Shown one piece after another: positions 1 through 13,648 of a DNA stretch of 64,000 nucleotides. The translations under genes and the position numbers were made by a program. Below the pieces are notes generated by a model, which worked only from the letters and a program-made list of their open reading frames with translations, did not search any database and was not told the origin of the DNA. This DNA is from Stegostoma tigrinum. Lineage: Eukaryota. The stretch lies in the NCBI RefSeq assembly GCF_030684315.1, contig NC_081385.1:6250341-6314340 (forward strand), in the 5' to 3' direction. The first letter of the stretch is position 1, and the number at the start of each line of letters is the position of its first letter.

Positions 1-460
1 GAGAAGATGCTCTGTATTAATTCTGGGCTTGGAGGGATTTTTTTAATGAGGACAGGTTGAGTGGATTAGGCTTGTACTTAATGGAATTCAGAAGAATGGG
101 CGGAGAGCTTATTGAAGCATATAAAACTCTTAGGGGATATGGAGAGGTTGTCTTCCCTTGCTGGACAGCCTTGGACCAAAAGACATAATCTCACAGTGAA
201 AAGGTTAAGACAGAAGTAAGGAGGAATTTTTTTCTCCTGCAGAATTCTTCATCACAGAGGGCTAATGAGGCTGGGTCATTAAATGTATTCAAGGCTGAGA
301 CAGACAGGGTTTTTATCAGCAAGGGAAACAAGGATTATGGGAAAAGGCAGGAGGTGGGGATCGAGAATGGTCAAATCAGCCATGATTTTATTGAATGGCA
401 GAGCAGACTTGATGGGCTGAATGGCCTACTTCTGCTTCTGTGACTTACGGTTTTATGGTA
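1..460 (+). mobile_element. CR1 LINE 3' fragment
   Basis: Decayed ORF2 end and 3' UTR (ATCAGCCATGAT..TTGAATGGCAGAGCAGACT.GATGGGCTGAATGGCCTACT). Confidence 0.8.
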
Positions 461-2388
461 ACTAGCATTCATTTCAAAATTACATCAGGAGTTGCGGTCA
501 GACAGTTCAAAGTTGCAGCTACTCATCCAGTTCACCAGATGGAGTCAGATTTCTGGGAGAAATCTTCATGTTTTTTGTGTCTTTCACAATCTCGAAATGT
601 CCCAAAGTGCTTTATGACCAATGAAGTAAATTGTAAAATGGAGTCGCTGTTAGATATTTTCTTAAATAACTTTATATACCTCCTGAGAAATTGGCATTTG
701 AACTGAGGCCTCCTAGTCCAGAGGTAGGCGTACTACCACGACACCATTAGAGCCCTCAAGTAAATAAGGGAAACATGGCTGCCATTTGTATACACCAAGT
801 TGCCACATAGGAGTGATCATGCCCAGATTATCTGTCTTCATGGCATTTACTGAGAGATAACTATTTATCAGGACCTTCTTGCTCTTCCTAAAAATAGTCT
901 ATTTGAGACAAAGGGAATTGTTTAACATCTCACCTGGAAGACAGGTACCCACAGTTCCCCCTCAGTACAGTACTGGAACATCAGCCTGGCTTATACAGTC
1001 AAGTTTCTGGTGTGGAACGTTCTGAGTCAGACAGTGAGAGAACCATTGGGCTTATACCCAAGAATGAATAATATTCATTTCTGCTGAATGTCCATGTTGT
1101 TATGAAGCCAGATTTTTCAAGTGGGACTCTTTAAAATATGCTACTTGTAACAATATATTAATATTGCTTCAAAATTTAGCCATTAAAATTGAGCCATTTA
1201 ACAAACTTATAAATCTATGTGGGCTGATTTAGGTGACATTTGTCAGAGCTGCAGTGGAAATTTTGTGGACAAGCTAAGAGACATGACAGCCAAATTTGCT
1301 GATGATACAAAACAGGTAGGAAAGTAAGTTGTCAACAGTGTTACAGATAGATTATGTAATTGGGAAAAAACTTGATAGCTAGAATCTAATGTTGGAAAAT
1401 GTCAGGCATGCCCACTCTGACAGGAAGAATAGAGAAGCAGCATATTATTTGAATGGACAGAGCAGAACTCTCCATAGAGATCTTGGCCAGGGTTCCTGCA
1501 AATCTTTTATTCTTTTGCACTGACTTCTAAGTGACTTTGGAATCATAACTTAATGCCAGAAATGGTATTGGCATGCTGATCACCATGCCAGACCCTCAGA
1601 GTGGTAGCTTAGAGGGAATATTGATCCTGGCATAATTAGTACTCAGTCATCATCTAACTGGTGCATTTTGCATGCCAACACTTCCATCAAACACTGCCCA
1701 CCAGTCAGCACCTTCATCTTAGACAGTACAAACTGTTGTTCCCCTTTACACTGGTATTCTTGTGAATGTCCTGATGAGCTCAAGATGAAAAGCTTGGATA
1801 AAAGTTATCTCTTTCAGCAAAACTCGACCAAATGGTGACCAAATGACTAAATATAGAATTAGAAATGTCATCTCCCTTTTCTTTTGCTTCCTACTCTTTG
1901 TTCTCATTTCACCAGGATGTTAGATCTGTGGTATTTCTGCTTCTCTTATTCTTCCTACTCATCATGCCCCAATGGTATTACATTTTTACTTGGATACCTG
2001 ACTATCCCAACTACATGGTGTTTTCAAACTTCAGCCTGTATATCAGCTGTTCAATTGTGATTCCTCCACAGGAGAACAGCCATCCTCCAAAATACTGGAG
2101 AAAGCTGCAGACTTACAAATGCAGTAAAGTCACTTCATCAAGTGGTTTATCCTGATCCTTCTTCCCATTTGAAACAATAACAACATCTTTACCTTTTTCC
2201 CAGACCAGTTTCTGGCTCTTCCTCAGGCACCAGTGGAGGGAGGGTCATCAGAAGGTAGAGACAGACTTAACTAGCAAGGGAGTCAGATGTCATTGTAGAT
2301 TAGAGAGAAAAGTTGAGTTGAGGCCTCAATCGGATCCTTACTGAATCGAAGTGCACTCAAGGGGCTGAATGGTCTACTCCTGTTTTTA

Positions 2389-3077
2389 GATAACAAGGTG
2401 TAAAGCTGGATGAACTCAGCAGGCCAGGCAGCATCACAGGAGCAGGAAAGCTGACCTTTCATGTCTGGACCCTTCTTCAGAAATGGGGAAGGGGAAGAGG
2501 GCTGTGAAATAAATAGAGGGATGGGCAGCAGTGATAGAAGGTGGATAGTGGAGTGGATAGGGTGGGAGAGAAGACAGATAGGACAAGGAGGCAGGGAGGA
2601 AGCTAGTAAAGGTGAGTGTAGGTAGGAAGTGGGGGTGGGGCTGGTCAGTGAGGGGGGAGGAGCGGATAGGTGGGAGAGAAGACTGACAGGTCAAGAAGGT
2701 GGGGATGAGAGGGGGTCCTGGTTTTGGGATGAGGTCGGGGTTGGAGAGATTTTGAAGCTAGATGCCACCCAGAAACTGGAGGAACAGCACCTCATATTCT
2801 GCCTTGGAACCCTACAACGCAATGGTCTCAATGTGGACTTTAAAGCCCTCTTATCCCTGCCTCCTTGACCTGTCCGTCTTCTGCTCCATTATCCACCTTC
2901 TATCACTGACCCCCCCTCTCTATTTATTACAGAGCCTTCCCCTTCCCCATTTCTGAAGAAGGGTCCAGAAGCAAAATGTTAGCTTTCCTGTTCCTCTGAT
3001 GCTGCCTGGCCTGCTGTGTTCATCCAGCTCCACACCTTGTCATCTCCGACTCCATCATCGACAGTTCCTACTATCTC
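2389..3077. mobile_element. Older fold-back Neptune-type PLE remnant
   Basis: 2389-2760 is the inverted 3' end. 2760-3077 is the sense 3' end (DATQKLEEQHLIFCLGTLQ...). Confidence 0.85.
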
Positions 3078-3899
3078 TTCTATTGTTTTTGATTTGTAGA
3101 GCCAGTTCTGAGGACATTAATCTGTCCTTTCTCCTCCCTCTGCCTCTCTCTCTCTCTCTCTCTCTCCTTCAGTATATATGTGGACCTGGTCTGTGTTTCT
3201 AGCATCTTCATGTTTTAATTTCAGGTCCCCATTGACAGCATATGTTTTTACAACCTCCCATCCACTGAGGTACAGATTCAATCCATCAACACAACACTCT
3301 CCCACCGTGGAGCGAACATTAGTGGAAGCAAAACAAATAGTGAGAGCTGGGAATTCCTTTGAAGACCAGCTAACTGCAGTACTGTGTGTACACTGTGGCG
3401 AGGAAGATCTGCGAAGATGCGTGACACAGAGGACACATATCTGATAAGGAGGACATTTTGACACACCCAGTAACCACCGTGGAGAGAGCAAGCATTCTGT
3501 TTCAATGTGCAAGCTGGCTCTATGTGTGGGTGTCTTTTTAAACAATGCACAATCTGATACATATCAGTAACAACAGAATCTGCCCTGACAAATTTAATGT
3601 ATAACAGGCTGTGCAAAAATACATTATTAATGTGTAAACAGATAATGGGAAGCTGGTAAGGAATTGCAACCCAGGCTCCTTAATTCACACGTTCAATATT
3701 GGATCATACCTTTTCTTTTATTCTATATTTTCGCTATTAAACGAACGAAAAATACGTTAACCTTGTCGTTTTGGCAGGTTCTTGCTGGTTCAGTCTCGAC
3801 CCTCTCTCTCTGTCTCTCTCCCCCTCCATCTCTGTCTCTTTCCCTCTCTCTCTCCCTAAACGAAAAATCCAGGGCTGAATAAATACAATGACAACTTAC

Positions 3900-3978
3900 C
3901 CGAGCCACTAGACAGGAGCATGAGCCCGAGGAAGCAGGAATGGAGGGGAGAAGGAGCCGGGCTAACGTGAAGTTTCAT
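3900..3978 (-). CDS. First coding (signal-peptide) exon of a probable MPZ/SCN-beta-family Ig gene, possibly SCN2B by synteny; remaining exons lie outside the window
   Basis: ATG at 3978 reads MKLHVSPAPSPLHSCFLGLMLLSSGS+G and ends at a phase-1 donor G|GTAAGT. It sits in a CpG-rich stretch (3.9-4.45 kb), downstream of and in the same orientation as the JAML-like gene, which is where SCN2B lies in mammals. The identity is an inference only. Confidence 0.5.
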
Positions 3979-6089
3979 TGCGAATTAGCCAGGGATGGAG
4001 GGCCAGACGAAGGAGCAGGGGGAGGAAGTTGCTCCGGCTGGGTAGCTGAAGCTATGGGTCTGGCTGACGGGACTGAGCGAGCTGTGTTCTGGGCTGGAGC
4101 AGCAAGGAGCTCACATTGTGTGGCTTGGGGAGCAAACCCGTTCGAATCCGTGACAAATGAACGCACCGCAACTGGAGTGGGTTGACATGTGAACCAGTTC
4201 CAAATCAGCAGGGTCTGCAAAATTGGGGCCGCTTTCCTCGGGGGGTTGGCGGCGGGGGGGTGCTGTAGGGAAGCCTTGTTGCTGGGCGCCACAATGTGCT
4301 ATTCCTCCACACTTTTATCCCCTTATTTGGGCTTTGAATAAGCAGGACGTTAACCATTTCAGGTACACTATAACTGCTGCGCCTAAAGGGAAGGAGGAAC
4401 AGAGGAATGGAACGCTAGATTTGTCACGAAGAGAGATGACAGGAGGCCGGAGTGAAGCTTAAATACTGGCACAGAATAGTTGGGCCGAATGGCAATAATG
4501 CAAATACTCTGTAAAATGTTTTCTGAAATTAAAATTATTCAAACGTGATTTGCCTATTTACTTCCTTTCCATTCAGAATATTTTTAATTGATGTTTATCA
4601 TTTTAATCTAAATTTTAGATTTTAGCTCTTTTACACATTCTAAGATTGATCTCAGTTTCTGTCTGCATCCTTCCCTCTCTCCACCTTTGCCCCGCCCATT
4701 CATCATCCCCTCTCTCTCTTTCTCCCCTCTCCCTCCATATGCTCTCGCATCACTTCCCCACTCCCTTTGTCTCCTCTCCTCCTACTCCCCTTTTGCCATT
4801 TCCACATTCATTCTGTCAAAGTCCTCACAATTTAAGAACAATACCCAACTGCATCTCCTCTTAACATTCTTTGTCATTGTGGGAAAAATCTTACATGTCA
4901 ATAGACATTAAATATCTCAATATTGTGAGATAATTCTTCATAACTAAAATTTCTTGGCCCTGGATTTATCCTTGGGAATTATACTACAAGTATCCAATAT
5001 CTAATCTGCTTTAGGGTGATCAAAGCGTTACTACTCTGCACCCTTTTACAAATTTATCACTACCTCTTTTGATGTTTCAGCATGTATCCCATTTATAAAA
5101 AAACATAATGCGTTGGCCTTGAAAACATTTACCTACTACACTGACACTTTCAGTCCTCTTGCATCCCTCTAAATGCACTTCACTATCTTTCCATTGGCTA
5201 TCTTCTCCCAGTTACTCCTCAGAATATTTTACCTTGCTCGTGAAACTGCATTTGCCTCATGCTTGCCCAACTCACGAATGTATTTTATTGTCTTTCTTGG
5301 AACTCTTCACTTTTTCTATAGCTCAGTTGCATGGACTCTAAATCAAATTGCAGATTATCTGCACAACAAGAGGACAAGTGGATTATGGGTTGCACCATTT
5401 TCACCCTTTTCTAGTCCACTTGATTTCCTTTTGGCCCACTTTCTATCCATTCTGTTGCATCTTCTCCTATAACAGAGTCTGAAATTTTTGCAACAAGGCT
5501 CCTGAGAGAGAGAGTATTAAAAGACACCTGACCAATATCAGCCTGGAATCCCTTTACCCAGCCAATCAGTCTCTACCTCATAAAAATCTATAAAATTTGG
5601 CAAACATGACTTGCTTTTAATAAATCCACTTTCAGTTAACCCATCCATTTCTAGATGCTCATTACTTTGTTCTCAAAAATTACTTTCATTGAATTGAATT
5701 TGGACCGATATTAGGTTGAATAGTCTGCAGTTATCTGGTTCATCTGTGTGTGAACAAGAATGTTCCCTTCATTACCCTCCATTCTCACCTCACAATTCAC
5801 AATGTTTTACAACTATGGCCCTTCTTCAGTTTCTTACAGCTATCTAAGGTGTATATATACAGTGATTTATCAACTGTGAGTGGGCTAATTGCTTTCAGAG
5901 TGTCTTCCTAATATTCAGTTTTTAAAAAATTCACTCATAGGAGGCTCCCAACACCTGGAGATCTGCCAGCACGTGGAATCCATTGAGAGACTTGCTGCTT
6001 GGTCCAGGACACTCCTGAAAGGACTGGTCTTGATGATTAGAGTTAAGTATGCTCCTTTCTCCCAGGCTTTGGAGCAGGGAAGATGGTAA

Positions 6090-6530
6090 ATGTTAGTCGA
6101 TGTGGTACCAAATATTTCAGCCTCTGAGCCAAGGAGTTATGGGGCTCAGACTGGGGGCCCACGGACTTCAACACAAAATGGAGTCTAACAATCCTAGTGG
6201 AATGCCAAGTGGAGCACCGCAATGTGGGAAGCGCCATCTTTAGATTGAGACCTAAGATAAAGGCTGTGTCTATCCTCTCCAGTGACCGTAGAAGATCATG
6301 TGGCATTAAATTGTAGAAAATCACAGCAGTTCCCCAAAGCCCTAAGATCAAGCAACGTTGTAAAAACAGATTATCTGGGTCATTATCACATTGCTCTTTA
6401 TGGGATCTTGCTGTGCACAGATTAGCTGCATCACCAAAGTGACTACACTTCAGAAGAACTTCATTGCCTGTAAAGCATTCTGGGATGCTCTGAGACTGAG
6501 GAGAGATGTTGTACAAATGCAAATGTTTTC
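6090..6530 (+). mobile_element. Deu-domain SINE (SacSINE1/AmnSINE-like); other copies near 570-1020(-), 13300-13620, 24000-24645, 39880-40185, 49965-50280(-), 59030-59450, 60960-61210
   Basis: Core ACAGATTATCTGGGTCATTATCACATTGCT...GTGACTACACTTCAGAAG..CTTCATTG.CTGTAAAGCA. Confidence 0.7.
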
Positions 6531-8402
6531 TGTGCAGCTCCATTATTCCAATAAAAGGCCCTCCACTCAAAAGTTTAACTTGGTTTCTCTTCCCATTGAG
6601 AATGCCAAAGCTGCTGAGCATTTCTAGAGTTTTCTGTTTCTGCGACCCAATGTAATTACTTCCTCTCTGAGGTTCTGAACACGTAAGGCTTCAAAACTGC
6701 ACAGTGAAACTGTGTTTAATGGGCACACTCTTTGTGAGTAAACTGCTTTGTTGATAAAGAGGATATTTTTTCTTACAGAGGGAGTCAATCTGTGGAATTC
6801 TTTACTGCAGAGGGATGTCAAGGCTAAGTTGTTAAGTACATTCAAGTCTAAGAGATATTTTTAATCAGTAAAGGAAATCAATGCTTTGAGGGAAAAGTCT
6901 GGGAAGGAGAGTTGAGCATTGTTAGATCAGCCATGATCTTAATGAATGATACACTTTTCTTACATCTTATGGTCATATGGTAATTTGTATTCATTACAAA
7001 CTTACATCAGGAATTGCAGTCAGATCATTCAAAGTTGTAACTACCCATACAGCGTAGTAGATGGAGAGAGTATTAGCTTCTGGGAGAAGTTTGCAGTACA
7101 CTGATGTCTTTCACGACCTCCTACATCTTGTGGTCTTATGATTTGTTTACAGGATCTCAACAGAACGGAGTTCAGATGATCAGATGTCACTGTTCTTGTG
7201 GTGTAGTACCCTGCCCTGGAACCAGCATCTCTGGATTCAAGTCTCACTTCAGCACCTGATGGTCAAGGAAGACACATTCACAACACGGTCAAAGGGTTGA
7301 GCATCCACATACCAATTCTTCCACCACATACCAGTGGTAAGAGTGAGAGAAATTCCAGGGAAGTAAGTTTGAACCCCCACCATCACTATTACAGCCTGAA
7401 GGTCCATCATGCATGGAGCTGTGCACATTCTCAGTAACTTCCCAGACACCTGCGATGAGCATCCAGATGGCTGTTTTGGATCTGCTCAATACCAAAAGCA
7501 GGAGCCTTAACCCTTGTTCTGGCTCTAGTAGATTTAGGGGTTGGTTCCTTGCCCTACCCTGGTGGAGATCATGACACTTTTGGAGTGGGGGAATTGGGCA
7601 GAGAAGAAGAAGAAGGAAGTGTCTCTGAGATACATTTAAGTAATGAGAAATAAGATGACTCATTTTGCTCTTTGTTCCCCAAATTTTAAAGAAAATCAGA
7701 ACAAGTTTGACACAGGGCTTTTCACTGAAATAGTATTTCCTTAATATCATAATCTGGATAGAGCATTTATTAATACAATATTTTTTGACGGGTATTGACT
7801 TATTACAATTTTATAATTGGATTGAGAAGTTATGTTGTGCTTTTTAATGCGCTCAGATGGAATCATTTTGTTGAGATCAACTGGAAGTTCAGGAACCAGT
7901 CTTGCAGAAGGAATTTGAGTCACTCCATGTTGTTTTTCTCTATTCTATGTCAGTCGCACTAGCAAGGCCAGCATTTATTGCTCATCCCTAAATGGCCTTG
8001 AGCTGAGTGGCATGCTCAGCCATTTCAGAGAGTAGTTAAGAGTCAACCACATTGCTGTAGGTCTAGAATCACAAGTAGACCAGACAAGGTTAGGATGTCA
8101 GATTTCCTTCCCTAAAGAACGTCAGGGAACTGGATGGGGTTTTACAACAATTGATGATAATGTCTTGGCCACAATTACTGAGACTGGCTTTATATACCAG
8201 AGTTTATTAACCAAATGTAAATGCTACTAGATGCTGTGGTGGGATTTCATCCACCAATCCCCAAAAATTTTATCCTGTGCCTCAGAATTAATAGCACAGT
8301 GACATTCCACATTATCCACCATCTTCATCAAGCCAGAACAATCTGACGTAGCCTGCAAGAATTGTGTTTGCCGTTGCTGTTAACAAGATAATGTATACAG
8401 CC

Positions 8403-8531
8403 TCAAAAATTCCAATGATCATCCTGAAAATCCAAAGGCAAAACTGCATGGGAATGTTCTCCAGGTACAGGAGCATTGGTCACATTAGGTTTAGGAAGAT
8501 CATTGAGTGTCTTTGATTGTAAGATTGAGCG
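8403..8531 (-). CDS. JAML: JAML-like gene, probable terminal coding exon
   Basis: Strong polypyrimidine tract and cag, then RSILQSKTLNDLPKPNVTNAPVPGEHSHAVLPLDFQDDHWNF-TGA in phase 0. No homology recognised. Confidence 0.55.
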   Translation of the reverse strand, partial: RSILQSKTLNDLPKPNVTNAPVPGEHSHAVLPLDFQDDHWNF

Positions 8532-9609
8532 CTGGAGACAGAACAGAGACAAGAAAATGTTAGGTACAAAATATGCAGCAATCATTTACAAATAGCAGGC
8601 TAATTTTCTGAGCGTTCCCAAATAGTTCACCCAGGAACTGTCTCCACAAACCCATAAGACCATAAGACACGGGAGCAAAAATTAGGCCATCTGGCCCATC
8701 AAGTCTGCTCCACCAGTCGATCATGGCTGATAAGTGTCTCAGCCCATTTTTCTCCCACCTCCTCCCCATAACCTTAGATAGGTTCCTGGTTGTTAGGAGT
8801 ATCAACCTCTGTCTTAAATGTACTCAATGACCTGACCTCCACAGCCTTCGGTGGCAGTAAATTACATAGTTTCATTATTCTCCAGTTGAAGAAGCTTCTC
8901 CTTAAAGCTGTTCTAAAAGGTCTTCCTCATAATTCTAAGGCTGTATCCTTGGGTCACAAACTCCAAAAATATACAACAAATGAATTTTGAATTGCTAGAG
9001 ATGCCAATGGTTTTAGGTTGGGAATTCCAGATCTGAGGCAGTGTACTATTATGTGAGAGGATACAGAGGTGAGCAACAATAATAGCTCCTATTGTTTGGA
9101 ATCTATGCTTTACCAATGATAGTGAATTTGGAGGTAAGAAAGGAAAAAAAACTCCCATATAATGTTTGAGAATGTGAATAAGACCAATAATACTGAACTG
9201 GACAAATTGTTCACTCTGTCGCATGACTCAAATCTGAACATACTCGAGTGAAAAGTGACAGACTGAAGAATAAGCAGAAAAATCTTTTAGAAGTAAATTA
9301 AATTTATGCACATGTTGCCAGACTAGCCAAATGGATCAGAAAGCAATCAACCATTTAACTTTAGAGATAACAAGGTGTGGAGCTGGATGAACACAGCAGG
9401 CCAAGCAGCATCAGAGGAGCAGGAAAGCTGATTTCAGGCCTAGACCCTTCATCAGAAATTGAACAATTCAACTTTAGCTGTACTTCTCAAGAAAGAAAGT
9501 TGTTGGGGAATTTGGTGAGGTGATGGTAGCATGGAGGGAGTGATTTCTTGAGTAGATGGGATTGTGAGGAATGGTGGCAATTTAAATAAGAATGGGGGAT
9601 ATGGTAGGA

Positions 9610-10565
9610 AAATGAATGACTGGGATTGAGAGATACATTGGTAAGATGAATGAGTGGGATTGTGGGATATAGTAGGAAGGTTGAGTGGGTGGGATCGAGG
9701 GATACAGTGGGAAGGTCAGTGAGTGGGATTGAGAGATAAAGTGGGAAAGTCAGTGAGTGGGATTGAGAGATACTGTGGGAAGGTCCGTGGGTGGGATTGA
9801 GGGATACAGTGGGAAGGTTGAGTGGGTGGAATCAGGGGATACAGTAGGAAGGTGAGTGTATGGGATTGAGGGATACAATGGGAAATTGATTTGGTGGGAT
9901 GAAGAGATACTGGATGAGAGATTGTTCGCTGAGCTGGAAGGTTCGTTTTTAGACGTTTCATCACCGAACATCATTTACAAAATACCTTGCAAGAACTGTG
10001 ACAAACACTACATTGGACAAACTGGCAGAAAGCTAGCCACCAGGATACATGAACATCAACTAGCCACAAAAAGACATGACCCACTATCACTAGTATCCTT
10101 ACATACAGATGAGGAAGGACACCACTTTGATTGGGACAACACATCCATCCTAGGACAAGCCAAACAGAGACATGCACGAGAATTCCTAGAAGCACGGCAT
10201 TCCAACCGGAACTCCATCAACAAACTCATTGATTTGGAGCCAATCTACCACCCTCTGAGAAAAATAACAGGAAATGACATCACCAGCGCAGGAAATGACA
10301 TCACCAACCCAAGGAAGCCTAAACAGATAAATAGAAAGCAGGACATAACACCAGCGCTTCACCGGAGGCTCATTGATGATGTTACCTAGAATAGTGACAA
10401 AACGTCTAAAAACGAACCTTCCAGCTCAGCGAGCAAACTCACATCCAGAACCTCAACCTGAGCTACAAATCTTCTCAAAAACTCGCTATGAAGAGATACA
10501 TTGGGAAGATTGAATGGATGGGATTGAGGGATACAGTGGGAAGGTGAGTAGGTGGGATTGAGATC
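9610..10565. repeat. Degenerate ~34-bp minisatellite split by the PLE insertion at 9911-10487
   Basis: Repeats of GTGGGATTGAGGGATACAGTGGGAAGGTTGAGTG on both sides of the insertion. Confidence 0.85.
9911..10487 (+). mobile_element. Penelope/Poseidon-type PLE 3' fragment with a short inverted 5' arm
   Basis: GIY-YIG (IIYKIPCKNCDKHYIGQTGRKLATRIHEH). 9911-9966 is the reverse complement of the 3' end. 12-bp TSD ATGAAGAGATAC at 9899-9910 and 10488-10499. The hammerhead core is mutated. Confidence 0.9.
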
Positions 10566-10895
10566 ACTGAGAGAGTGATGAGTCTGTTGGCCACTTTCTG
10601 TTACTGGAGCATCTTTACACAATTTGTGTACCCAATGGTTGATGGTACTCAAAAAAAAATACAACTTGGACAAGCACACGAGATGCCATAACATACTTGA
10701 AGCTATGGACCATTACATTGAGGGTTGGATTAAAATGAATAGTTCCCCATTGACTGATGCAGAAAACTATGGTCCAAATGACTTGCTCCTGAGCTGTAAA
10801 ACCTATTGTGTTTCTCTAATTCACCACTGATTGTGGATATCAGTTAGTCACGCAGGCAATGTCATGTCCTGACCTCATTCTCCCAACAATATTAC

Positions 10896-11021
10896 CATTG
10901 TTACATAAGTTTCCTCTTCACCGTTCTTTGAGTCCTTATTTTTCATCTCCTCCATGGCTTTATTTTGTCTCTTGATCTGGACTGGGTTTCGGCTGGTCAC
11001 AGTGACGTAGCGCACTATTTC
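10896..11021 (-). CDS. JAML: JAML-like gene, cytoplasmic exon with tyrosine motifs
   Basis: cag|EIVRYVTVTSRNPVQIKRQNKAMEEMKNKDSKNGEEETYVTM|gtaat. EETYVTM resembles the mammalian JAML EATYMTM (YxxM) motif. 126 bp, phase 0->0. Confidence 0.78.
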
Positions 11022-12482
11022 CTGATGGTTAGTGAACATATTTGTTTAATCAGCTGGAACTGCACCTTAATGTCACCTTCACGTTCTAATTTAAGTCCAT
11101 CCCCCACTCCTGCAAAACCCTCTTGTGTTTCTGAAATGCTGCACGGGTCAAGGTGGTGTGTGGGTGGTAACTGCCTGGGCCATGTCCCACAATTGATCTG
11201 CTGATTCCAGCTGTGACAGAATTAGAAAATTGACTCTCTCACTGTTGGAGAAACATCCTCTCCCATTCCTGCTCCAATATGACCACATTGAAAAGCAGAG
11301 CAGGCTCAAAGGGCTGAATGGCCTACTCCTGCTCCCATTTTCTATGTTTGTTCACAAGGTTAGCCCTGGGACAGAAGATGAACGAAGCCTGCAGAAACAA
11401 AAATGATGTTTAGCATGTCCCACAATATGTCTATCATAATAAGCGTATCATGTTGGGTCACGTTACTACACTGTTAATCTAGATTAATGCACTGGAGAAA
11501 TGAGTTTAAAACCCATCATAGCAAATAATTCAAGTAACTTAATATATTTGGAATAAAGAGATGTTTGGCAGTAATGATGACCGCGAAGCCACCAGATTGT
11601 GGCAAAGAACCATCTGGTTCATTTAATGGCTCTCAAAAGTGGATATTGCCATCTTGATTCAATCTGGCCTCCATGTGACTCCAGACCCACAGTAATGTGG
11701 TTGCCTCTCAGCTGCCTTCTGAAACAGCCATTCTGTTGATCAAACTGCTAAAGAGAGGAAGCATTGGGGGTGAAACTACACCATATGGTTCACGAAGGAC
11801 AATAAGCATTGACATCGCCAATCATGAATGGATTAAAAGTGAAAGCTCTCTCCATCTCTGTCCACTAAAAGCCATGCCATTTCCTGGAGGAAGCAAGAAG
11901 CCAGTTTTAAAAATCTAAGCTGCACTGAGGAGGAATATTTGGGAGATTCTGTTTCCACCCTCCTACACCATGAATTCCTTGAAATACATGTACTTTGTAA
12001 GAGGTTACTTCAGTCTGAGCCACACAGATTCAGTTCCTACTTGGAAGAATTCAGAAAATGGGTGTCAACTCATGAGCCACCATCTTGATCTAGAGGCTCA
12101 CTGTACACCTGTAAAAGGACCAGCCCCTAACATCTAACTACAGCCCAGCCTCACACAACAAAAAAATTGTGAGTCCTGGTCCTCCCTAATCCACGTAATT
12201 GGATCAAATTGTCAACTAGGACACAATCCATTCCCCCCGCTCCATTACCATATTCAACCTCAATCAGATCATTGGGTAAGGGAGACAAAGGAAAAGGCAG
12301 GAAAATGGAGTTGAGGGTTATCAGATCAGCCACGATTTCATCGAATGGCGGAGTAAACTCAATGGGCTGATTGGCCTATTTCAGCTCTTGCAACTTCTGA
12401 TCAATCATCCTCGTATCTATGCTGGGAAAGTAAGACTTCAGTAAATACTGCACTAACTATGAAGAATTGCTGGATGAACTTA

Positions 12483-12770
12483 GGTGGCTCAGTAGTTAGC
12501 AATGCTGCTTCACAGTGCCAGGGACCTGGGTTCGATTCCACCCGCAGGTGACAGCATGTGTGGAGTTTGCACGTTCTCCCTGTATCTGTGTGCGTTTCCT
12601 TTTGGTGTTCTGATTCCTTCCCGCAGATGTGCAGTTTAGGTGAATTGCCATAGAAAATGCAGGATTTAGTGGGTTAGGTAGGAGCGTAGGTCTGGGTGGG
12701 ATACTCTTCAGGGGGTTGGCATAGACTCAATGGGCTGAATGGCCTGCTTCTACACTGGAGGGACTCTGTG
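12483..12770 (+). mobile_element. tRNA-derived V-SINE (HE1-like)
   Basis: A box (TGGCTCAGTAGTTAG), B box (GGTTCGATTCC), V-domain (GTGTGGAGTTTGCACGTTCTCCC) and a CR1-like tail. Confidence 0.85.
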
Positions 12771-12892
12771 ATCACTGAATCTGTGTTGACTGTAGTTAAC
12801 ACGTTTCAATGACTGAGGAAACTAAATGGATGTTCAATATTCTGGATTGTTAAAAGTTTACACTAAAATTTGTACATTAAAGTGCCCCTTAC

Positions 12893-12923
12893 CTCTGAGT
12901 CTTCAAGCCCTCCTGGATATGTT
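12893..12923 (-). CDS. JAML: JAML-like gene, short cytoplasmic exon
   Basis: gcag|A ACA TAT CCA GGA GGG CTT GAA GAC TCA GAG|gtaag ((R)TYPGGLEDSE). 31 bp, phase 2->0. Confidence 0.65.
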
Positions 12924-13030
12924 CTGCTTATTGATGCAGAGAATAGGGGAGAAAGTTAAAGATTATTCATTGTGTGAAAAGGAAGATGACAGGTTAACTC
13001 GTTTAAATTCTTGCTCCTTGATATGCGTAC

Positions 13031-13184
13031 CTTTGACTTCTTATTGACCATTTCTTCCATGTGCTTCCAAGAATAAGTGCAACAAAGAAAATGACAACAC
13101 CTGCTGCTGTTGTATATATGATTATATTCTTTGGAACTGCTTCCACTAACATAGATGGTCTTAAGCTCCGTGTGCGTTTGGCGT
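13031..13184 (-). CDS. JAML: JAML-like gene, stalk and transmembrane exon
   Basis: ttcag|..AKRTRSLRPSMLVEAVPKNIIIYTTAAGVVIFFVALILGSTWKKWSIRSQ..|gtacgc. Hydrophobic TM segment followed by basic residues. 154 bp; phase 1->2 fits both neighbours. Confidence 0.8.
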
Positions 13185-13648
13185 CTGAAGGAAATAGAAA
13201 CGTTCAAATAAATTTAAATGTAAAATCTCTGCCTTGTTGCCCAAAAAGGCATTGATATCACAAAGTTAGCAAGTCAGTTGTGTTTCAGGAGAATCTCACC
13301 AATAACCGTCAATTGATTCAAGCCCCGATCCTGGATTTAAGTGAGGAAGCGAGACAAACACATCAGTGTAGTATAGTCAGAGGTTTGGATGAGATGCTAA
13401 ACCTCACTGTTTTGTTGAATCTGCCAACGTCTTACTGAAAGTAGCTCAACATTTCCATACCAAGATCTAATCATCAACCAACACTTGATTAATCGGTTGT
13501 GATAAATTGGTCATTCTTTGCGGTGTTTTGTGTGCTAAATGTTGGCCATTTTTATCCACGTTACATCAGTGACTCTGCTGAAAGTTATCCACCACTTGGT
13601 GAGCATTTTGGGATGTATAAAGGACAAACAACAGTGACACAATTGCAG

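Noticed and set aside
1771-1797. CTGATGAG...GAAA hammerhead-like motif
   Set aside because: Stem II does not pair convincingly; at best a decayed remnant of another repeat.
3117-3616. ORFs of 112-142 aa as candidate exon 2 of the left-hand gene
   Set aside because: No Ig-domain signature and no convincing splice sites.
12483-12545. tRNA genes (A/B boxes here and at other SINE heads)
   Set aside because: They continue directly into SINE bodies and do not form complete cloverleaves.
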